Assembly (NCBI GenBank): GCA_963704885.1
Contig: CAVPIB010000017.1
Location: 1-24,021 of the forward strand
Direction of reading: 5' to 3'
From: an uncultured Actinomycetes bacterium
GTDB taxonomy: Bacteria > Actinomycetota > UBA4738 > HRBIN12
DNA length: 24,021 nucleotides
Shown: positions 18,175 through 24,021 of the stretch, piece by piece
Position numbering within the stretch: position 1 is the first letter of the stretch
How the letters are laid out: every line of letters starts with the position of its first letter
Translations under genes and position numbers: made by a program
The notes under the pieces: model-generated
The model's input: only the letters and a program-made list of their open reading frames with translations
What the model was told of the DNA's origin: nothing
Database searches by the model: none

Positions 18175-18341
18175 GCGGTCCTCCTTGCCCTGAGTCCCCC
18201 CGCCTGGCGACAACTCGACCACGGTAGCGGGTCGGACTCCGTCGCCATAGAGGCTCTCGGTCATTCTTGGCTACGCCCAACGTCGCAGGCCTTCTAGATC
18301 GAAGGTCCGTCTTTCGGCGACGTGGGCGACTCGGGGGACCT

Positions 18342-20543
18342 CTAGTCGAGCAGGGCGTCGAAGGCCCCCAACGTGTCGGTCAGCCGCTCCGCCAGCGTCC
18401 CGGCGAGCCATCGGTGAAGCGCCGCTGCCAGCTCCGGCTCTTCGGCCTCCATCCGCTCGATGGAGGCTCGGCGGAGCCTTAGGACCACGCTCGGCGTCTC
18501 GGCCACCACATCGGCCGTGCGCGGGATACCCGTGTAGAGGGCGATCTCTCCGACCACAACGCCCGGGCGCACCACACGCAGGCGCATCGGCGTCCCCTCG
18601 GGCGTCACCATCTCGACGCTGAGCCGGCCCGACTCCAGCACGAACACGTCGTCGGGCGGCTCGTCCTGGCGGATCAACACCGTGCCCTCCTCCAGGGGCA
18701 TGCGCTCGAGGTATGTCGAAAGACCCGGCGGCATGCCGGCGAGCGCCTCGCTCGACCCGTCCTTTTCCCCGACCGCATCGGCGGCGCCCTGGAGTAGAAC
18801 GTCCTCGCACCGCTGCAGGCCGCGATCGAGATCCGGCTCGAACGAGACGACCCCATCAGAGGCCACCACGCCGCCGCGGGCCAGCTGCTCGCGCACCCGA
18901 TCCGAGGTCCCCGCTAACACCAGCTCGAACCCGCTCGCCTGGGCGAGATGGGTCACCTTGACGAAGGACATCACCGCCGAGGCGTCCACCCCCGTCACCT
19001 GCCGCAGGTCCATCAGCAGGAACCGCGGCGCCGCCGTCTCCACCCGTTTGCGGATGCGCTCCAGCAGGCCGCTCGCCGAACCGAAGAACACGAACCCGTG
19101 CACGCGCAGGATCTGAACCTGCTCGCCCATCTCGCGCAGCGATGCTCGCTCCGCGGGCGGCCGGTCGACGTTGCTGCGGTAGGTGTCCCCGAACGCGACC
19201 TCGTGCACCAGTTCTATCCGGCCGTAGCTGACCGCGAACAAGACGACGGCCATCACCAGGCCGATCACCACGCCTGGCAGGAACCCCTTGGTGATGATCC
19301 CTGCGAGGATGACCAGGACGACGGCGTACTCGACCCTCGGCAAGCTCCGCCGCTTGTCCCAGACCCACTCGACGATGAAGGCCAGGCCTAAGAACACGAG
19401 CACGCCGCCGACGATCATGCGCGGGATCAGCTCGATGACCGCCGCGCCGAACACGACGGCGGCGAGGGGGACGAGCGAGGCGACGAGCCCGGCGGTCCGC
19501 GTGTTGACGCTCATCCGCTCCGCGAGTGCCGTCAAGCTGAGTGCGTGGTACCCGGGGATCCCACCGAGCGCGCCGGAGATGACGTTGAGGACACCGGCGT
19601 CGCGGAGCTCCTGGTTCGTGTCGAGGTCCCGGTGAAGCACGATCTCGGTCCCGCTGATGTTGAACAAGATCGCGATGGAGGCGACGAGCACCGCGGTGAC
19701 GATCCCCGTCCACTGTCCGAGTACCGCCGACCAATCTGCGCCACTGAGCGCGCGCAGGCTCCACGGCTGCCACAGCCTTACCGACTCGAACGGGCCGAGG
19801 AGCCACCTCCCCTCCTTGGCGGCATCGATCGAGGAGCCCGTGACGAGCATCCCGATCACGAACAGCGCGAGCCCGATGCCGAGCACGATCGGGATGACCA
19901 GAGGCTTCCTCACCAGCCGGACGGCGAGGAGCAAGATCACACCGAACACGAAGGCTGGAAGCCACTGCCTGAGCGTCACCGGGTTGAGCATGAGTCCGAC
20001 CGTGCGCAGGTGCACCTCCACACCCGAGGCGACGTAGATGCCGCCTTTCAGGAGCAGCCACCCTGTGCCGGCGAGGAATCCGCCCACGACCGGGTACGGC
20101 ACGAACCGGACCAGGTCGCCCAGCCGGAAGGTCCCGAGCGCCGAGAAGACGACACCGCAGAGGATCGTCACGACCAGGGTCGCGGCTATGACGGTGAGGA
20201 ACACGTCGGGGGCCTCGTAGTTGCCCAGGGACCCTGCCGTGGCATCCCTCGCGATCGAAGCGGCTTTCGCCGCCGTGGTCGCTGCCACGACCGCGAGAAC
20301 GGCCGCCGCCGCGTCCTGCACGCTTCCCACCACTCCCCGGCGACCCGCCCTCCAGGCCAAGATCCCGAGCGTCAGTGCGGCCGCCACGAGGTACAGGCCG
20401 ATGCCATCGGCCAGGCGACCGACGAGGAGGCCGCCGAACACGAAGGCGGCGAACGCGATCGCCAGGACCGCCTCGACGACGCCGATGATCACGCCCGCGG
20501 CGAGCGAGGCGAGCATCCCCACGGATCGTCGTTCCTCGGACAA
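18342..20543 (-). CDS. SulP/SLC26 anion transporter with STAS and C-terminal cNMP-binding domain, copy 1, 733 aa
   Basis: VGSVQD, LVRFVPYPVVGGFLAGTG, DTNQELRDAG.LN, GGIPGYHALS, STAS (VHGFVFFGSA, MDLRQVTGVDASA), cNMP cassette GEIALYTGIPRTADV; TTG start behind GGGAGG. Confidence 0.93.
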   Translation of the reverse strand: MSEERRSVGMLASLAAGVIIGVVEAVLAIAFAAFVFGGLLVGRLADGIGLYLVAAALTLGILAWRAGRRGVVGSVQDAAAAVLAVVAATTAAKAASIARDATAGSLGNYEAPDVFLTVIAATLVVTILCGVVFSALGTFRLGDLVRFVPYPVVGGFLAGTGWLLLKGGIYVASGVEVHLRTVGLMLNPVTLRQWLPAFVFGVILLLAVRLVRKPLVIPIVLGIGLALFVIGMLVTGSSIDAAKEGRWLLGPFESVRLWQPWSLRALSGADWSAVLGQWTGIVTAVLVASIAILFNISGTEIVLHRDLDTNQELRDAGVLNVISGALGGIPGYHALSLTALAERMSVNTRTAGLVASLVPLAAVVFGAAVIELIPRMIVGGVLVFLGLAFIVEWVWDKRRSLPRVEYAVVLVILAGIITKGFLPGVVIGLVMAVVLFAVSYGRIELVHEVAFGDTYRSNVDRPPAERASLREMGEQVQILRVHGFVFFGSASGLLERIRKRVETAAPRFLLMDLRQVTGVDASAVMSFVKVTHLAQASGFELVLAGTSDRVREQLARGGVVASDGVVSFEPDLDRGLQRCEDVLLQGAADAVGEKDGSSEALAGMPPGLSTYLERMPLEEGTVLIRQDEPPDDVFVLESGRLSVEMVTPEGTPMRLRVVRPGVVVGEIALYTGIPRTADVVAETPSVVLRLRRASIERMEAEEPELAAALHRWLAGTLAERLTDTLGAFDALLD
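18373..19633. repeat. Near-identical direct repeat, copy 1 (3' part of SulP copy 1)
   Basis: Matches 20596..21856 at offset 2223; by-eye comparison found 7 mismatches in 1261 bp. Confidence 0.95.
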
Positions 20544-20564
20544 CGGTCCCTCCCCCCAGCAGGT

Positions 20565-22730
20565 CTAGTCGAAGAGGGCCACGACGGCCCTCTGAGTGTC
20601 GGTCAGCCGTTCCGCCAGCGTCCCGGCGAGCCATCGGTGAAGCGCCGCTGCCAGCTCCGGCTCTTCGGCCTCCATCCGCTCGATGGAGGCTCGGCGGAGC
20701 CTTAGGACCACGCTCGGCGTCTCGGCCACCACATCGGCCGTGCGCGGGATACCCGTGTAGAGGGCGATCTCTCCGACCACAACGCCCGGGCGCACCACAC
20801 GCAGGCGCATCGGCGTCCCCTCGGGCGTCACCATCTCGACGCTGAGCCGGCCCGACTCCAGCACGAACACGTCGTCGGGCGGCTCGTCCTGGCGGATCAA
20901 CACCGTGCCCTCCTCCAGGGGCATGCGCTCGAGGTATGTCGAAAGACCCGGCGGCATGCCGGCGAGCGCCTCGCTCGACCCGTCCTTTTCCCCGACCGCA
21001 TCGGCGGCGCCCTGGAGTAGAACGTCCTCGCACCGCTGCAGGCCGCGATCGAGATCCGGCTCGAACGAGACGACCCCATCAGAGGCCACCACGCCGCCGC
21101 GGGCCAGCTGCTCGCGCACCCGATCCGAGGTCCCCGCTAACACCAGCTCGAACCCGCTCGCCTGGGCGAGATGGGTCACCTTGACGAAGGACATAACCGC
21201 CGAGGCGTCCACCCCCGTCACCTGCCGCAGGTCCATCAGCAGGAACCGCGGCGCCGCCGTCTCCACCCGTTTGCGGATGCGCTCCAGCAGGCCGCTCGCC
21301 GAACCGAAGAACACGAACCCGTGCACGCGCAGGATCTGAACCTGCTCGCCCATCTCGCGCAGCGATGCTCGCTCCGCGGGCGGCCGGTCGACGTTGCTGC
21401 GGTAGGTGTCCCCGAACGCGACCTCGTGCACCAGTTCTATCCGGCCGTAGCTGACCGCGAACAAGACGACGGCCATCACCAGGCCGATCACCACGCCTGG
21501 CAGGAACCCCTTGGTGATGATCCCTGCGAGGATGACCAGGACGACGGCGTACTCGACCCTGGGCAAGCTCCGCCGCTTGTCCCAGACCCACTCGACGATG
21601 AAGGCCAGGCCTAAGAACACGAGCACGCCGCCGACGATCATGCGCGGGATCAGCTCGATGACCGCCGCGCCGAACACGACGGCGGCGAGGGGGACGAGCG
21701 AGGCGACGAGCCCGGCGGTCCGCGTGTTGACGCTCATCCGCTCCGCGAGCGCCGTCAGGCTGAGCGCGTGGTACCCGGGGATCCCACCGAGCGCACCGGA
21801 GATGACGTTGAGGACACCGGCGTCGCGGAGCTCCTGGTTCGTGTCGAGGTCCCGGTTCAAGGTCAGCTCGGTGCCGCTCACGTTGAACAGGACCCCGATC
21901 ACGGCTACGAACACAACGGTGACGATGCCGGGGACTTGTCCAAGCACCGCCGACCAGTCGGCGCCGGTGATGGCGCGGAAGGTCCACGGCTGCCACAGCC
22001 GAGTCGAGTCGAACGGTCCGAGCATCCAACCTCCCCCGAGCGCGCTGTCGGTGGTCGAGCCCGTGACGAGCATGCCGATCGCGAACAGCGCGAGCCCTGC
22101 CCCGATGACCACCGGGATCACGAGCGGCCGCCTCAACACCCGGGTCAGGACCAGCAGGATCACGCCGAAGACGACCGCCGGAACCCAGTGAGACAGCACG
22201 GCGGCGGGCCTTAGGTCGCCGACCGCGCGCAGGGAGACCTGCATATCCGCCGCGACTCCGATGCCACCCTTCAGGAGCAGCCACCCTGTTCCCGCCAGGA
22301 ATCCGCCCACGACCGGGTATGGCACGTACCGGACAAGATTGCCCAGCCGGAGCGTCCCCAGCAGCAAGAACGTGATGCCCGTCAGGAGCGCCACGACCAG
22401 GGTCGCGGCGATGACGGTGAGGAACGCCCTTTGGAGGCTTCCGTAGGCGTCCAAGGCCGTGCTCGTGGCGACGACCGCGAGCACGGCCGCCGTCGCGTCC
22501 TGCACGCTGCCGACCACGCCGCGGTTGCCGGCCCTCCAGGCGAGGATCGCGAGCGTCAGCGCGCCCGCTAACAGGTACAGGCCGATCCCGTCGGCCAGGA
22601 AATACGCGAGGTAGCCGCCGAACACAAGGGCTGCGAACGAGATGACCAGGACCGCCTCGACGGCGCCGATGATCAAGCCGGCGGTGATAGAGGAGGCCAG
22701 CACTCCCCCAGATCGTCGCTGTTCGGACAC
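20565..22730 (-). CDS. SulP/SLC26 anion transporter with STAS and C-terminal cNMP-binding domain, copy 2, ~721 aa
   Basis: Same motifs as copy 1; start placed at GTG 22730 (MSEQRRS aligns with MSEERRS of copy 1); 21-nt gap to copy 1 suggests co-transcription. Confidence 0.93.
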   Translation of the reverse strand: MSEQRRSGGVLASSITAGLIIGAVEAVLVISFAALVFGGYLAYFLADGIGLYLLAGALTLAILAWRAGNRGVVGSVQDATAAVLAVVATSTALDAYGSLQRAFLTVIAATLVVALLTGITFLLLGTLRLGNLVRYVPYPVVGGFLAGTGWLLLKGGIGVAADMQVSLRAVGDLRPAAVLSHWVPAVVFGVILLVLTRVLRRPLVIPVVIGAGLALFAIGMLVTGSTTDSALGGGWMLGPFDSTRLWQPWTFRAITGADWSAVLGQVPGIVTVVFVAVIGVLFNVSGTELTLNRDLDTNQELRDAGVLNVISGALGGIPGYHALSLTALAERMSVNTRTAGLVASLVPLAAVVFGAAVIELIPRMIVGGVLVFLGLAFIVEWVWDKRRSLPRVEYAVVLVILAGIITKGFLPGVVIGLVMAVVLFAVSYGRIELVHEVAFGDTYRSNVDRPPAERASLREMGEQVQILRVHGFVFFGSASGLLERIRKRVETAAPRFLLMDLRQVTGVDASAVMSFVKVTHLAQASGFELVLAGTSDRVREQLARGGVVASDGVVSFEPDLDRGLQRCEDVLLQGAADAVGEKDGSSEALAGMPPGLSTYLERMPLEEGTVLIRQDEPPDDVFVLESGRLSVEMVTPEGTPMRLRVVRPGVVVGEIALYTGIPRTADVVAETPSVVLRLRRASIERMEAEEPELAAALHRWLAGTLAERLTDTQRAVVALFD
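20596..21856. repeat. Near-identical direct repeat, copy 2 (3' part of SulP copy 2)
   Basis: Matches 18373..19633; encoded segment RDLDTNQE...ERLTDT is identical in both proteins. Confidence 0.95.
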
Positions 22731-22824
22731 GGTGCCCCCCGCCACGCCTTGTGCGAGAGAGACCTTATGCCCAGACGGTCGTTCCCGCTAGAGGGCCGGA
22801 GATCTGGATCCATACTGCTGACCG

Positions 22825-23661
22825 ATGCCCAACATCCTCGCTGGTCTGGCGTCGCTGCTCTGGGGAACCGCGGACTTCCTCGGAGGCGTCGCGGTCAAGG
22901 AGTGGAACGCGCCCAGGTTCGGAACGTTGACGCAGCTGATCGGCCTGGGGGTCGTGACCATCGCGATAGTGTTCTTCCCGGCCGATCCCACCACGACCGA
23001 TCTCGTGTGGGGCGGTGTCGCCGGCGTGGCGACCGCGACCGGCACCGTCCTGCTCTACCGGAGCTTGGCGATCGGTCCTATGAACGTGGCTGCCCCCACC
23101 GCAGCCGTCATCGGCACGAGCATCCCCGTGATGCTCGGATTGCTCGCCGGCGAACGTCCCACTGCCGCCGCTCTCTTAGGGGTCGTGCTGGCGTTGGTCT
23201 CGGTCGCCCTCGTCGGCTCTCCGCAGGAGGGCACGACCCTGCGTGGAACGCGTCACGTGCTCCTGGTCGCGGCGGGGGCTGGAGTGTCGATCGGGGTCGG
23301 GACCGCCTGCTTCGCTCAGACCTCTATCTCGTCCGGGGTCTGGCCCTTCGGGATGGCCAAGCTGATCGCGGCCGTCCTCCTCGGGGCGACGGTGCTCGCA
23401 GCGGGGACGGTTCGGGAGCGGGGGCCGCGGCGGGATCTCCGCCTGCCGCTCGCGGTGGGGGTCGCAGACGCCGGGGCAACGATCTCGCTGCTCCTCGCCC
23501 TCCAGCGAGGGTCGCTGGTGCTGGTGGGGGTGTTGGCTGGCCTCTTCCCGGTCGTCACCGTTCTTCTTGCCCGGCTGATCTTGAAGGAGCGGATCGCTCG
23601 GGCCCAGCTCTTGGGTCTCATGTTCGCGCTGGCAGCCGTTGCCCTGATCGCGTCTTCGTGA
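22825..23661 (+). CDS. EamA/DMT-family transporter, 278 aa
   Basis: LASLLWGTADFLGG, LYRSLAIGPM.VAAP, GERP, LFPVVTVLLA.LILKER; about 10 TM; CATACT 8 nt upstream suggests a near-leaderless transcript. Confidence 0.9.
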   Translation: MPNILAGLASLLWGTADFLGGVAVKEWNAPRFGTLTQLIGLGVVTIAIVFFPADPTTTDLVWGGVAGVATATGTVLLYRSLAIGPMNVAAPTAAVIGTSIPVMLGLLAGERPTAAALLGVVLALVSVALVGSPQEGTTLRGTRHVLLVAAGAGVSIGVGTACFAQTSISSGVWPFGMAKLIAAVLLGATVLAAGTVRERGPRRDLRLPLAVGVADAGATISLLLALQRGSLVLVGVLAGLFPVVTVLLARLILKERIARAQLLGLMFALAAVALIASS

Positions 23662-23701
23662 GTCGGCTGCTCAGGGTGTTTCGGGATCCGAACGTCCGTC
23701 G

Positions 23702-24021
23702 CTAGCCCTCGCCTCGGAGCAGGGTGAGCAACATCACGGTGGGCTCTTCGGCCACGAGGGAATGTGGAGCCCCCGTCACCATGTGGACCCAGGAGCCGGG
23801 TCTCATTTCCTGCTCCTGTCCGTCGACCGTGAACCGCATCTTTCCCTCGAGCACCTGCACGATCGCGCCGCGTGACGCCTGATGCTCCGTGAGTCCTTCG
23901 CCGGCATCGAACCCGAACACCGTCACGTCGAGCAACTCGTCGCGATAGATCACCTTCGAGACGACGGCGCCGGCCTGGATCGTTACGGCTCGTGCCGCGT
24001 CGGCTATAGCGGTGTGCGTCA
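23702..24021 (-). CDS. Cupin-domain protein, cut at the window edge (start codon probably begins 1 nt outside)
   Basis: Frame stays open to the window end: (x)TG-THTAIADAARAVTIQAGAVVSKVIYRD, then FGFDAGEGLTEH, VQVLEG, GAPHSL.A.E...MLLTL cupin motifs. Confidence 0.88.
   Translation of the reverse strand, partial: THTAIADAARAVTIQAGAVVSKVIYRDELLDVTVFGFDAGEGLTEHQASRGAIVQVLEGKMRFTVDGQEQEMRPGSWVHMVTGAPHSLVAEEPTVMLLTLLRGEG

Noticed and set aside
18190-18250. Fluoride riboswitch resemblance (GGCGACGGAGUCCG...GACUC on the minus strand)
   Set aside because: The conserved GAUG and U[GA]AUGAC elements are missing, and the downstream gene is not a known fluoride-resistance gene.
18856-21033. 725-aa alternate-frame ORF spanning both SulP genes (and similar long ORFs at 3810-5039, 7614-8996, 12838-14145, 13292-14551, 21079-22284, 22749-23705)
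   Set aside because: Arg/Gly/Pro-rich off-frame or antisense products expected at this GC content; each overlaps a well-supported gene.
18373-21856. Diversity-generating retroelement template/variable repeat pair
   Set aside because: The repeat is 1.26 kb, the mismatches are synonymous and not adenine-specific, and no reverse transcriptase is present.
1-24021. CRISPR arrays, tRNA/rRNA genes, IS elements, prophage genes
   Set aside because: No regularly spaced short repeats, no cloverleaf/T-loop signatures, no transposase, integrase or phage motifs; composition looks uniform across the window.

Overview
High-GC chromosomal DNA of probable Actinomycetota origin (leaderless TANNNT promoters, an F420-type Ddn reductase, cyclase-STAND proteins), with about 20 genes and no rRNA, tRNA, CRISPR array, integrase or transposase that I could see. 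The left arm holds a standalone 5'-3' (flap) exonuclease, a GcvT-like aminomethyltransferase, an SDR, a YciI-like protein behind an ECF42-type promoter and a Ddn-family reductase. The centre holds two paralogous acyltransferase-3 genes flanking a CREST (ceramidase-like) hydrolase and a zinc-ribbon/class III cyclase/STAND ATPase/TPR gene. A second, longer cyclase-STAND-TPR gene carries a degenerate cNMP-binding domain and a Nudix-like tail, and sits directly downstream of a Mesh1/SAH-type HD hydrolase. The right arm holds an SQR-like flavoprotein sharing a bidirectional leaderless promoter with the HD gene, two tandem SulP-STAS-cNMP transporters whose 3' ~1.26 kb are ~99.4% identical while their 5' halves are diverged, an EamA transporter and a cupin. 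Three genes are each interrupted by one extra base, most likely sequencing errors. The most interesting candidate system is a local nucleotide-signalling cluster: two cyclases, an alarmone-type hydrolase and two cNMP-sensing anion transporters. All calls come from motif reading by eye; no database searches were run.
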